A program made the translations under genes and the position numbers. From assembly GCA_964581895.1 (NCBI GenBank), contig CAZOPR010000001.1, positions 258,489 to 322,488 of the forward strand: a stretch of 64,000 nt of DNA. Direction: 5' to 3'. The notes under the pieces were generated by a model. It saw only the letters and a program-made list of their open reading frames with translations, did not search any database and had not been told where the DNA came from. The DNA comes from an uncultured Brachyspira sp. (GTDB taxonomy: Bacteria; Spirochaetota; JAAYUW01). Positions 1-9,303 of this stretch are shown one piece after another (within the stretch, counting starts at the first letter, position 1; each line of letters opens with the position of its first letter).

Positions 1-797
1 GTAAAACTACATTTTTAAGACTTTTAGTTGGTCAATTAAAACCAAAAGAAGGAAAAGTAACAATTCATAATAACTCAAAAATAGGATATTTTGAGCAAAA
101 TGCAGCTTTACAGAAAAATTTTAATTCAACAGTATATCAGTTTTTCTCAGATTCTATTGATGCCCAAAAGCTTAGTGAAACTGAAAGGAAAAAATTTTTA
201 GGAAATTTCGGTTTTTCAGGTAGTGATGTGGAAAAAAATTTATCTTTTCTTTCAGGTGGAGAAAAAGTAAGGTTAATTTTATCAAAAATTTTTTTATCAA
301 ATCCAGATATACTTATCCTTGATGAGCCAACAACTCATCTTGATATCGATACAAAGGAGATATTGATTGAAAATTTAAATAATTATGATGGAGCGATTCT
401 TTCTGTTTCTCATGATATTGATTTTATAAAAAGAGTTGCTCAAAAATATATGACTATAGAAAACAAGAATTTAAGCTGGTATGAACAGCTTTCAGAGTAC
501 TTTGAAAAACTTCAAAGAAAAGAAAAAGAAGAGAAATTGAAAAAAAAAGAAGATACAAGTAATATAACAAAGCCAGCAATTTCGACAAATAAAAAACAGC
601 AGATAGAAAAACAAATTATAGAATATGAAAAAGAAATATTATCAATAGAAGCAAAAATTAATGAAATTGAAAAAAGATTTGCTGCAAACTTAAGTTTCAT
701 TGAAATTCAAAATTTAAATAAGGAATATGAAGAATTAAATAAAAGGTATGAGGATACTTTTGCAAAATTAATCGAACTTGAAGATATAATTAAATAG
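1..797 (+). CDS. ABC-F family ATPase, C-terminal half (5' end truncated by window edge)
   Basis: The frame that continues to stop at 797 begins at position 3 and contains a Walker A remnant (..KTTFLRLLVGQL). Further motifs are an ABC signature LSGGEKVRL and a Walker B ILILDEPTTHLD. A Lys/Glu-rich coiled-coil tail follows, typical of ABC-F (Uup/YheS-like) proteins. The listed ORF 228..797 is only the GTG-initiated inner part. Confidence 0.7.
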   Translation, partial: KTTFLRLLVGQLKPKEGKVTIHNNSKIGYFEQNAALQKNFNSTVYQFFSDSIDAQKLSETERKKFLGNFGFSGSDVEKNLSFLSGGEKVRLILSKIFLSNPDILILDEPTTHLDIDTKEILIENLNNYDGAILSVSHDIDFIKRVAQKYMTIENKNLSWYEQLSEYFEKLQRKEKEEKLKKKEDTSNITKPAISTNKKQQIEKQIIEYEKEILSIEAKINEIEKRFAANLSFIEIQNLNKEYEELNKRYEDTFAKLIELEDIIK

Positions 798-865
798 GTT
801 TAGAATCGGAAGTTTTCAATAGATGGTTTTCAAAAATATTTTTAGCAATAATAAAAGAAAAAATT

Positions 866-1789
866 TTATTCTGTTTTATCAAAAGATTTTTGCTTAAAGG
901 TTATATCCAACAAAAATCCTTCGTCGGAATAATACTTTTTGGTATTTCCTTCAATTAAAAATCTGACACCACTTATTTGTTCAAATTGCATTGCGGTGTT
1001 GACAATTTGATATATCTGTATTTCGATCGACTTCAATCCATTTTTATTATTCAAAAAAGCTTTATTAAAGTCAAGGTATAATACTTTATTTTTAATCCAA
1101 GCTCCAAGAAGCTTCGTCCCTTCTGGAATTAAGTTTAAGTAAGGATCTTTTGGTTTATAATTTATTAAAAATGAAATAACTGCAAAAATTGGTGAGTCTG
1201 TATAATCAATTTTTTCGACTTTTTTAGCGAGATAAAGTTCATATTCCTTATCTAAAGCAGCAAGATATATTATAAAATCTTTTGAATTTATTTTATAGGT
1301 ATTTTTTTCTTTTTTATCATAAGTATTATTTAAATTGCTAATTTTGCTAGTATTATTATCCACTTTTTGTGTATTATCAATTTTTTGAGTATTATCATTT
1401 TTGACTGATAAGTTTTCATCTGAATTATTATTTGTTGAAGTTTTATTAACAGAATCATTTTTATTTGTATCTTCTATATTTTGATCTTTTTTAAATTCAT
1501 CTTGTGTAGTATTTTGATCTATTGTTGAATCAGTTTTATCTTTATTATCTGATATAGGTTTTGAAAAGATTTTAGATAAAAAATCAAGTTTAATCTTATT
1601 TTCTTTTGAATTTTTCGAAAATTTACTATCTTCATCTACTTTATTTGTCTTTGGTTGTAAAATGCCATTATCTTTAGCGAAAGAATAAAGTAAAAATGAA
1701 GCATAACCCATAAGTATTATAAGTATAAAAACTAAAAATAGTGGAAGGGCTAAATTTTTATTTTTATATCTTCTTTTCTTTTTTTTCAT
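866..1789 (-). CDS. membrane-anchored protein with low-complexity N/D/T/K-rich linker and C-terminal GerMN-like domain
   Basis: The N-terminus is basic and followed by a transmembrane helix (LALPLFLVFILIILMGYASFLLY). A ~120 aa Asn/Asp/Thr/Lys-rich low-complexity stretch comes next. The C-terminal region (..IYQIVNTAMQFEQISGVRFLIEGNTKKYYSDEGF..) resembles GerMN/LpqB-type domains. Confidence 0.35.
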   Translation of the reverse strand: MKKKKRRYKNKNLALPLFLVFILIILMGYASFLLYSFAKDNGILQPKTNKVDEDSKFSKNSKENKIKLDFLSKIFSKPISDNKDKTDSTIDQNTTQDEFKKDQNIEDTNKNDSVNKTSTNNNSDENLSVKNDNTQKIDNTQKVDNNTSKISNLNNTYDKKEKNTYKINSKDFIIYLAALDKEYELYLAKKVEKIDYTDSPIFAVISFLINYKPKDPYLNLIPEGTKLLGAWIKNKVLYLDFNKAFLNNKNGLKSIEIQIYQIVNTAMQFEQISGVRFLIEGNTKKYYSDEGFLLDITFKQKSFDKTE

Positions 1790-1918
1790 GGTTATATTTT
1801 CGGAAAGATAAAAGAATAGATAATAAAATCAATAGTCAACAAAAGTTATAAGTTGACAAAAGCTATAATATGAATTAACTATTTTTATGAGTTACATTAT
1901 TTGTAGATGAGGTTTAAT

Positions 1919-2380
1919 ATGAAAAAGATACTTACTTTCTTTATAGTTATAGTTTTTATTATTATTTCATTTTATGGATGCAATCAAAATAACCATTTTA
2001 TTGAAATAAATGGAGTAAAACTTTATATAGAGATTGCATTAACAGATCAAGAAAGAGCAACTGGTCTAATGTTTAGAGAAAAGATTCCAGAAAATTATGG
2101 GATGCTTTTCATTTTTGAAAAGGAACAGGTTTTGAATTTCTGGATGAAAAACACATCTATCCCTTTATCTATTGCTTATATTAGAGAAAATGGGCTTATA
2201 ATAGGTATCTATGATATGAACCCTTATGATGAAACTCCAATCTCATCTATTTATCCTTGCAAATATGCATTAGAAGTTAATAAAGGTTGGTTTTCAAAGA
2301 ATAATATTAAGGCAGGAGATACAATAAAACTACCATCCATCGAGACTCTTTTAGACTGGCATAAGGAGCAAACTAAGTAA
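1919..2380 (+). CDS. DUF192 (COG1430) family lipoprotein
   Basis: The N-terminus is a signal peptide with a lipobox-like Cys (..ISFYGCNQ). The conserved DUF192 core is TDQERATGLMFREKIPENYGMLFIFEKEQVLNFWMKNTSIPLSIAYI ... YALEVNKGWF. GAGG 6 nt upstream favours the ATG at 1919 over the listed ATG at 1907. Confidence 0.7.
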   Translation: MKKILTFFIVIVFIIISFYGCNQNNHFIEINGVKLYIEIALTDQERATGLMFREKIPENYGMLFIFEKEQVLNFWMKNTSIPLSIAYIRENGLIIGIYDMNPYDETPISSIYPCKYALEVNKGWFSKNNIKAGDTIKLPSIETLLDWHKEQTK

Positions 2381-3399
2381 TGTTTTACTTAAACGGATGG
2401 TTTTCAAAAGATAATATTTTACCACTGTTAAACGAGAAAAAAGATTCCACTTTAATTATTTTCCATACAAATGAAGATGATTTTATAGGCAAAATAAAGA
2501 TAAATTCAGAAAATATTATCTTTATTAAGACTTCAAATATTATCTTAGATGGCAAATTTCTTGACATTGGCTTTTTGGTTTATGAAACAAAATTGAAACT
2601 TGTAAATGCTTTCTTTAATTCAAATGCCGACCTTATTTTGGCAAACTTAAAAAATTCAAAAATAGATATTAAAAATGGATTTATCCTTTCCAATATTATA
2701 AAAAATGATGAAGGAAATGATCTGATATTCTTTTTATCTTCTATTTTTGGGATGAAATGTAAGATTATAGGTATCGATTTTGAAAAATTCCAGAATAATT
2801 GTGTCTTTTATAATGGAAATTTTTATAACCATTATTTTTTTCTTTTTTCTTATGATAATGAAAAAAATTTTAGTTATATTGATGAATTTTGGGAAGATTA
2901 TTTAGGTCCATTTATAATAACAGATGCTTTTGATGGTGGTTTTAAGAATATTTCATGGCAAAATCCAGTTCATTTTTTTTTAAACAAAATACCTTCTTTA
3001 TCTTACCAGCATATTGAAAATTCGATCAAATATTTTCCATTGAAAATTATTTCATTAAAAAAAGATTATTCTATTATAAAACTTAAGATGGATTTTGGAA
3101 AATCAATTGATCTGTTTTATAATGATATCTCGATTTTCTCTTATCAATATGCATTTATAGAGAAATGCAACATACATATTCTATTTGATAAAATAAGAAA
3201 GATGAAAAAAGCAAAAAAGTATAATCTACTTATTTTAACTGGAGATTTACCTTTTATTATTAATGATTACTTAAAAAATAATTTTAAGCTTGCCAAACTA
3301 TTTTCATTTAAATCTTTTACAGGTATTACTTCCAATTTAATAATCATTCCAACTAAATCAATACCAAAATTGACAACAAATTGCATTTTTGGCATTTAA
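2380..3399 (+). CDS. hypothetical protein (339 aa), N-terminus repeats the DUF192 C-terminal motif
   Basis: Long ORF with no recognisable catalytic motifs. Its first residues MFYLNGWFSKDNI echo NKGWFSKNNI at the end of the upstream DUF192 gene (see finding). It is tightly coupled, with ATG overlapping the upstream stop (TAATG). Confidence 0.4.
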   Translation: MFYLNGWFSKDNILPLLNEKKDSTLIIFHTNEDDFIGKIKINSENIIFIKTSNIILDGKFLDIGFLVYETKLKLVNAFFNSNADLILANLKNSKIDIKNGFILSNIIKNDEGNDLIFFLSSIFGMKCKIIGIDFEKFQNNCVFYNGNFYNHYFFLFSYDNEKNFSYIDEFWEDYLGPFIITDAFDGGFKNISWQNPVHFFLNKIPSLSYQHIENSIKYFPLKIISLKKDYSIIKLKMDFGKSIDLFYNDISIFSYQYAFIEKCNIHILFDKIRKMKKAKKYNLLILTGDLPFIINDYLKNNFKLAKLFSFKSFTGITSNLIIIPTKSIPKLTTNCIFGI

Positions 3400-3443
3400 A
3401 ATTTTTGATATTATTTTTGATATTAAAAGCATAGGTATTAAAT

Positions 3444-4694
3444 ATGAAAGATATTTCTGCTGAAGCACTACGACTTTCTATTTACCTTGAGGTTTTTTCA
3501 GCTTTAAAAGATATTAAAAATGAACAGGTAATCTGCGATAGGTTTTTTGAAAGAATAGGACATCACTTTGATATTCAAAAAGCAGGAATATATCTTCGAG
3601 ATCTTAAAAAAGATGAATTAATATTTATTTCTGGCATAGGGGTTGATGTCAATAGCATTGAAATAAAAAAAATATCAGTATATAGTGGCTTTATATTTGA
3701 ATTAATGAGCGGTAAAACCGAGCTAAGATTTGATAAAGTTAATAAAAAAGATATTATGGATTTCCCTTTTCTGGAAAACCTTTCATCTGCTCTTGTTTTT
3801 CCGATACATAGTGAAAAAAAACCACTTGGCTTTGCTTTTTTTGGTAAATCTTTTGATGATCTTGTTTTTTCTGAAGAAGAAGAAAATATTTTAAGTTCAC
3901 TTTTATCACTTATCTCGCCTATACTTGATTTACAGATGACTTATAAAGAGTTAAGTGTATCTCAATCTAAACTTGTTGAGGCGATAGAAAACCTTAAAAA
4001 TTTCGAGCAGATTAAAAATTCATTTTTATATAATATCACTCATGAATTAAAAACCCCACTTGTCACTATAGTAGGATATTCCGAAATGCTTCATTCCAAA
4101 GATATGGGAGATTTGAATCAGATACAATTAAAAGGGGTGGAAACAATTTTGAAAAACTCAAATCACCTACTTGAAATGATTGAAGATCTATTAACTTTTG
4201 TAAATCTATCATATAAGATTTCTAATATCGATATACAAAAAGTAAATGTTGTATCAATAATATATGATGTTATAAAAAAATTCGAAAATTCTGAAACTCA
4301 AATTATCCTTGATATAGATTACCCTGAAATAATCATCTTTTGTGATCAATATCTAATAAGCAAAGCCATGGAACATTTAATTGATAATGCAATAAAATTT
4401 AACAAAGATAATGCACCTATAACAATAAAAGTTGAAGTTGATAAACAAAATATGAAGGTAAGAGTCTTAGTCATAGATAAAGGTATTGGAATGGATTATC
4501 AAACATTTCAAGCCTCTATGAAGAACTTTATTCAAGAATCAAATGATTTAAATAGAAAATATAGTGGTATTGGTTTTGGTCTTTCCTTTGTAAATAAGAT
4601 ATTTTCTGTTCATCAGTTTGAAGTAATATTTAGTTCAATAAAAGGTAAAGGAACTGAAATTGGATTTTCAACATCAATACTATCTTTCAAATGA
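3444..4694 (+). CDS. cytoplasmic GAF-domain sensor histidine kinase
   Basis: No transmembrane segment. The N-terminal ~170 aa are GAF-like. The HisKA H-box is FLYNITHELKTPLVTIVGYSEML. HATPase_c N/G boxes are LIDNAIKFN, VIDKGIGMD and GIGFGLSFV. Confidence 0.8.
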   Translation: MKDISAEALRLSIYLEVFSALKDIKNEQVICDRFFERIGHHFDIQKAGIYLRDLKKDELIFISGIGVDVNSIEIKKISVYSGFIFELMSGKTELRFDKVNKKDIMDFPFLENLSSALVFPIHSEKKPLGFAFFGKSFDDLVFSEEEENILSSLLSLISPILDLQMTYKELSVSQSKLVEAIENLKNFEQIKNSFLYNITHELKTPLVTIVGYSEMLHSKDMGDLNQIQLKGVETILKNSNHLLEMIEDLLTFVNLSYKISNIDIQKVNVVSIIYDVIKKFENSETQIILDIDYPEIIIFCDQYLISKAMEHLIDNAIKFNKDNAPITIKVEVDKQNMKVRVLVIDKGIGMDYQTFQASMKNFIQESNDLNRKYSGIGFGLSFVNKIFSVHQFEVIFSSIKGKGTEIGFSTSILSFK

Positions 4695-5433
4695 ATTTAA
4701 CCAAAAGATGATTAAATATTTAAATGAAATTGATGATATCGAAAGTTCTAAAAAAATAATAGATATTATATTTAACTTGCTTTATCCAACAACAATTAAT
4801 TTTGTAAATTATAAAAGGATTTCAAATCCAGATGTAATATCAGATTTTATTCTGCAGGTATATGAAAATTTCTCTCTTTTTATTATTAAAGCAAAATCAT
4901 TTTTGAAAAATAATGAAAATTTTGTCTTCTATTATTATTTTATTAAAAATCTTTATTTTGAATGGCAAAATTTCAATAGAAAGATTAAAACTAAAAAAAA
5001 TATCAGAAAAAATGAAGATATTACCTATTTAGATCTTATAAAGAACAATTCAAATGTTATAGCTTCCCCAGATGGATCCAGTATTGATGAGATTAAGGAA
5101 ATAATTAAAAGATGTCTTTATAACCATTTTGAAAAAGAAGAAATAGTCATGTTTTTGACTTACTATTATTTTTTATTGGACAATAAGGATTATATAATTT
5201 TATCTGAATATTTTAATATAACTATTTTAAGTCTGATAAACTTAATAGAAAATGAAAATTCAAATAAATCTGATTCATTTAATAGCAATCTTGATGACAA
5301 GCTTATTGAAAAGCTATTCAATCAATCAATCTCATCCTTCAGAGTTGCTATTACGAGGATTAAGAAAAAAATGAAAATAAAATGTAATTATCTTGCAGAA
5401 AATTACTTATTTATAGATGAAGGTGAGATATGA
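4660..5433 (+). CDS. hypothetical protein; weak sigma-70 region-4-like C-terminus (speculative)
   Basis: The ORF overlaps the kinase 3' end by 35 nt; alternative in-frame ATGs exist at 4708 and later. The C-terminus ..SISSFRVAITRIKKKMK resembles the sigma region 4.2 helix. No receiver-domain motifs are present. Confidence 0.35.
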   Translation: MDFQHQYYLSNEFNQKMIKYLNEIDDIESSKKIIDIIFNLLYPTTINFVNYKRISNPDVISDFILQVYENFSLFIIKAKSFLKNNENFVFYYYFIKNLYFEWQNFNRKIKTKKNIRKNEDITYLDLIKNNSNVIASPDGSSIDEIKEIIKRCLYNHFEKEEIVMFLTYYYFLLDNKDYIILSEYFNITILSLINLIENENSNKSDSFNSNLDDKLIEKLFNQSISSFRVAITRIKKKMKIKCNYLAENYLFIDEGEI

Positions 5434-5948
5434 TAGAAGATTTAATAATAAAATCTGCATTAGGGTATAAATTAGATGATTATGAAATCAATATAATAGA
5501 AGATTCTTTCAGGGAAAATCCAGATTTAATAGGTGATTATATCTTGCTAAAAAACTATTTAAGTGTTAAAAAAAAAGAAGATATTGAAAGTATTGATGAT
5601 AGCATTTTTATTATGAAAAAATCTAAAAAGGTTTTTTCAACCTTAAAGTTATTGCAACAGACTTTTGAGCAGGTAAAGGCAGCTGCTATTGTCGATTCAT
5701 ATTGTAGATTTTCATTAAACCTAAATTGGAACTCTTTGGACTTAGATATTTACTCAGATATAGGATCATATCAGCTAACAATTAAATCATTGGAAGATCA
5801 ATCTGATATTCTCTTAAAAGATAGTCAAACAGAGCTATTTCATATAATTTTATCAAAAGATAGAGATTTTTCATATTCTTTTAGTAGTTCAAATGTGATT
5901 TTAAGTTGTAATGGAAAAAACCTTGCTCTTTTTTTTAGCGATTTATGA
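5430..5948 (+). CDS. hypothetical protein (172 aa)
   Basis: ORF translationally coupled to the upstream gene (ATGA overlap); no recognisable motif. Confidence 0.35.
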   Translation: MIEDLIIKSALGYKLDDYEINIIEDSFRENPDLIGDYILLKNYLSVKKKEDIESIDDSIFIMKKSKKVFSTLKLLQQTFEQVKAAAIVDSYCRFSLNLNWNSLDLDIYSDIGSYQLTIKSLEDQSDILLKDSQTELFHIILSKDRDFSYSFSSSNVILSCNGKNLALFFSDL

Positions 5949-5967
5949 TTATATAAATTTAAAATTA

Positions 5968-7068
5968 TCATATCAATACTTTTGTTAAAGTAGAAAAGAA
6001 GCTGGATTTAGATAAAATCTTTATCAATAATTCAAAAATATTATCATACTCCTTTTCAATTATCAGTTCGAAGATTTCTTCAATATATTCTATAGGCATA
6101 ATATACGGAAAGGTTAGGATCAATTTGCTCCCTTTTTCAAAAAAGTGATTGATGATATTATTTTCAGAATCCGAATAATTAATCATGCAGCATAATAAAA
6201 ATAGTATTTCAGGTATTTTGTCAGCCTGGTTTAAATAAAAAGGATTAAAAAAATTTTTCCCTATTTTAATTGAAGAAAAATCTTTTTTTCTATAACCATG
6301 AGCCAAAATCACTAGAATTTTTGATATATTAATTCCACTTAAAAATTGTTCATTATTAGAAAATATGATTCTATTTATCTTTTTTTTGTTCCAGAGTTTC
6401 TGGTCAATATTAAATGAATTTTCCTTTAAGAAAAATAAATCATCAATTTTTATTTTCTGACTTTTCAATGATTGAAAAAAACAGAAATCAATTTTATCGA
6501 AGTCCTGAGCTAAAAATAAGGATAAAATCCCATTTTTTGCAAGATAATAAGAAATAAATTGAAATGGTAAAAGTTGTAAGTTGCTGCTCAACTTAAATAT
6601 TACAAGATCCTTTTTGATAGATAATATATAATCTAGGTCAATTAAACTTATAAAATTTTCATAAAAAATATTTTGGTATTTATGTATTTCATAAATATTT
6701 AAGTTTAGCAATTTTTGATTAAAATAATAAGATAAGTTTAATAGATATAAGTATTTTGATTTACTTAATTTAATTTGATTACTCTTTATTATATTTCTTT
6801 TGCCATCTAAGTAATTTTCGATTAAATCTTCATTATTTAATTCCAAGTTTATTAAAAGCAAATTATCGTAAGAATCTTTTTGATATATTTTATCCTTTGA
6901 AAATTTTTCATCCCATAAAAAAGGTCCGTATCTTAAATCTTTTATCTTGATTATATAACTATTGTTTTTAATCTGATTAATATTTACAAAGCTATCTTTC
7001 GTTGAGTTTATTATTACTTCAATTATAGAATCTGGATAATATTCAATTTCAATCTCTAACAAATTCAT
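5968..7068 (-). CDS. hypothetical protein (366 aa)
   Basis: Long ORF overlapping the tsaB stop by 4 nt (same operon); no recognisable motif; Asn/Leu/Ile-rich. Confidence 0.4.
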   Translation of the reverse strand: MNLLEIEIEYYPDSIIEVIINSTKDSFVNINQIKNNSYIIKIKDLRYGPFLWDEKFSKDKIYQKDSYDNLLLINLELNNEDLIENYLDGKRNIIKSNQIKLSKSKYLYLLNLSYYFNQKLLNLNIYEIHKYQNIFYENFISLIDLDYILSIKKDLVIFKLSSNLQLLPFQFISYYLAKNGILSLFLAQDFDKIDFCFFQSLKSQKIKIDDLFFLKENSFNIDQKLWNKKKINRIIFSNNEQFLSGINISKILVILAHGYRKKDFSSIKIGKNFFNPFYLNQADKIPEILFLLCCMINYSDSENNIINHFFEKGSKLILTFPYIMPIEYIEEIFELIIEKEYDNIFELLIKILSKSSFFSTLTKVLI

Positions 7069-7835
7069 CTTTCAATATTTTCTTCGGCATCTGATTTTCT
7101 AATATATAATGGTAAAAGTAAATCAGGGGAAATAGTGTATCTTTCAAATTTTTCAAGATTTTTTTCTATAAAATTTATTATTTCTACACCATCAATTTTT
7201 GATTCAAATATTAGAAATTGATCCTTTTCGATTTGGGGAAAAAATTGTATTATATCATCTAAAATTAAAATAGGTTTTGTATCTTGTTTTTCATCAGCTT
7301 TTATTATTTCTTTTATTTTATCGAAAGATAAATCTTCTATTTTAGGGTTTATAAATTGATCAATATCAATATCTTCAAGATGTTTATCCTTAAAATCCTG
7401 AGAAAATCTATATTTACTAAAATAATATCTATTTTTTTTCCCGAAAATCATAGAATACAATGTAAGATAGTTTTTTTTCGAACTATTAAAATACTTAAAA
7501 GAATCATTAAATAAATTGATATTAAAATAAAATGAATAAGAGAATAAAGAAATAGATGGAATTGGAAGAATTTTTACATTTGAATCAAAAAATAAACCTT
7601 TAACTATTGAATGAGCTATACGGATTCCAGTAAATGAACCTGGTCCTGTTCCTATAATAACATAATCAATAGAATTAATTTTTAAGTGCAAAGTGTTAAG
7701 AGTAGAATCAATAATTAAGAGGATATGTTCGGTATGGTCGAATTGTGTTTTACTTGTAAAATTAGCAAAAGTCTTTTCGGTTTTTATTGTAAGATGAAAA
7801 GAAGATGTGGAAGTGTCTAAAAGTAGTATGTTCAT
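7065..7835 (-). CDS. tsaB: tRNA threonylcarbamoyladenosine biosynthesis protein TsaB (YeaZ-like) with C-terminal extension
   Basis: The N-terminus MNILLLDTSTSSFHLTI together with ..IIGTGPGSFTGIRIAHSIVKGL is the canonical TsaB/Kae1-fold dimerisation module. It is about 30 aa longer than typical TsaB. Confidence 0.7.
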   Translation of the reverse strand: MNILLLDTSTSSFHLTIKTEKTFANFTSKTQFDHTEHILLIIDSTLNTLHLKINSIDYVIIGTGPGSFTGIRIAHSIVKGLFFDSNVKILPIPSISLFSYSFYFNINLFNDSFKYFNSSKKNYLTLYSMIFGKKNRYYFSKYRFSQDFKDKHLEDIDIDQFINPKIEDLSFDKIKEIIKADEKQDTKPILILDDIIQFFPQIEKDQFLIFESKIDGVEIINFIEKNLEKFERYTISPDLLLPLYIRKSDAEENIER

Positions 7836-7839
7836 AAGT

Positions 7840-8511
7840 TTATTTTAGGTGGCTTGTATCAAAACCCGGTATATAAAGCTTTTTTTCAACAAGATCTGTA
7901 AGTTTGGTAATAATATATATAAAAATAAGATAAATAACTCCAATAAATAGATAAATTTCTAAGTTCATGTATGTTTTTGAAGCAAAATTTTTAGATATAT
8001 AGAAAAGTTCAGGAAGACCAATTGTGTAAGCAACTGAGGTGTATTGAATAAGATAGACTATCTCGTTTGAAAGAGCAGGAATGGCAAATCGAAATGCCTG
8101 AGGGAAAATAATAAGACGAATTGCATCCCATTTATTCAATCCAATCGAATAGGCAGCTTCAATCTGTTCCTTTGAAATAGCCATAAAGCCACCTTTTAGA
8201 TATTCTGCTTGATATGCCGAAGAGTTTATGATAAATGCTATAACTGCCGCTGTTAGTGGTGATAATCTAATATTTATTCCTGGAAGTCCGAAATAGATAA
8301 GAAAAAGTTGAACCATCATTGGAGTTCCACGGATTATTGTAATAATAAAATTACTTAAGTTTTTGAAAAAACGATTACCATATAAAACCCCGACTACTAA
8401 GAAAACAGCAACAAAAAAGCCAATAATGGCAGATAAAAGTGTTAGTTCAAGGGTTATTCCAAGACCTTTCAATAATGATGGAAGATAGTCTACTAATTTT
8501 GAAAAAAACAT
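7840..8511 (-). CDS. polar amino-acid ABC transporter permease
   Basis: Multi-TM protein with the EAA loop motif EAAYSIGLNKWDAIRLIIFPQAFRFAIPALSNE; HisM/GlnP family. Confidence 0.8.
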   Translation of the reverse strand: MFFSKLVDYLPSLLKGLGITLELTLLSAIIGFFVAVFLVVGVLYGNRFFKNLSNFIITIIRGTPMMVQLFLIYFGLPGINIRLSPLTAAVIAFIINSSAYQAEYLKGGFMAISKEQIEAAYSIGLNKWDAIRLIIFPQAFRFAIPALSNEIVYLIQYTSVAYTIGLPELFYISKNFASKTYMNLEIYLFIGVIYLIFIYIITKLTDLVEKKLYIPGFDTSHLK

Positions 8512-8523
8512 AACATGCCTTTC

Positions 8524-9291
8524 CTATTTTTTTTCGGATTCACCATAGAGTTCACTAATTTTGCTTAAAAATTCTCTTGTTCTTGCTTGAGTTGCTTCGG
8601 TAAAAAGTTTTAAAGGTGGTCCCTGTTCGACTATTTTACCCTTTTCCATAAATATAACTTCATTTGCAACAGATTTGGCAAAACCCATTTCATGTGTAAC
8701 ACAGATCATAGTCATTCCATCTTTTGCGAGGTCCTGCATTACCTGTAAAACCTCTCCAATTAATTCAGGATCTAGTGCACTTGTTGGTTCGTCAAATAGT
8801 ATTAAAAGTGGATCCATCGCCAAAGCTCTTGCGATACCAACTCTTTGTTTTTGCCCACCAGAAAGTTGAGCTGGATATTTATCTTTATGTTGATCAAGTC
8901 CAACTCGTTTTAATTCAAACAATGCCTTTTGATACGCTTCTGTTTTATTTATTTTTTTAACTTTAATAAGTCCCAATGATACATTATCTATAGCAGAAAG
9001 ATGATTAAAAAGAGCGAAATGCTGGAATACCATACCAATTTTTTGCCTTATTAAAGGGATCTTCGAATGAGGAAGGCTGGTGATTTCAGTATTTTGAAGA
9101 TAAATTTTGCCTTTGTCTGGTGGATTTAAAAGGTTAATGCATCTAAGAAGAGTTGATTTTCCTGTACCAGATGGTCCAACAATAACTTTTACATCACCTT
9201 TATTTAGTTTAAATGATACTCCATCAAGAACTTTTTGTGAACCAAAGGCTTTTTCAACATTTTCAACTATAAGCAAATTTTCTTCCATCAT
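8524..9291 (-). CDS. polar amino-acid ABC transporter ATP-binding protein
   Basis: Walker A GPSGTGKSTLLRC, signature LSGGQKQRVGIARALAM, Walker B LILFDEPTSALD, H-loop VTHEMGFA; GlnQ/ArtP-like. Confidence 0.85.
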   Translation of the reverse strand: MMEENLLIVENVEKAFGSQKVLDGVSFKLNKGDVKVIVGPSGTGKSTLLRCINLLNPPDKGKIYLQNTEITSLPHSKIPLIRQKIGMVFQHFALFNHLSAIDNVSLGLIKVKKINKTEAYQKALFELKRVGLDQHKDKYPAQLSGGQKQRVGIARALAMDPLLILFDEPTSALDPELIGEVLQVMQDLAKDGMTMICVTHEMGFAKSVANEVIFMEKGKIVEQGPPLKLFTEATQARTREFLSKISELYGESEKK

Positions 9292-9303
9292 AGGTTCCTT
9301 GAA

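Noticed and set aside
512-700. Short antisense or out-of-frame ORFs embedded in confidently assigned genes, e.g. 512-700(-), 2385-2567(-), 8675-8869(+), 8724-8960(+), 9107-9364(+), 10679-10864(+), 14309-14545(+), 14876-15142(+), 16943-17275(-), 22279-22485(-), 25195-25401(-), 27336-27563(+), 27896-28117(+), 31124-31387(+), 32779-33180(+), 33683-34065(+), 37229-37432(+), 38539-38964(+), 42943-43197(-), 43692-43931(-), 45239-45442(-), 45927-46109(-), 46577-46762(-), 51001-51783(-), 53239-53472(-), 54104-54525, 56004-56635(-), 58810-59028(-), 59676-59948(-), 21766-22125(-)
   Set aside because: Each lies inside a longer ORF on the other strand or frame whose product has clear family motifs. Their translations are low-complexity or hydrophobic junk with no RBS, i.e. 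shadow ORFs expected in AT-rich DNA.
4660-5433. Cognate response regulator of the GAF kinase
   Set aside because: No receiver-domain signature (N-terminal acidic pocket DD, phospho-acceptor D, conserved T/S and K) is present. The ORF cannot be a response regulator.
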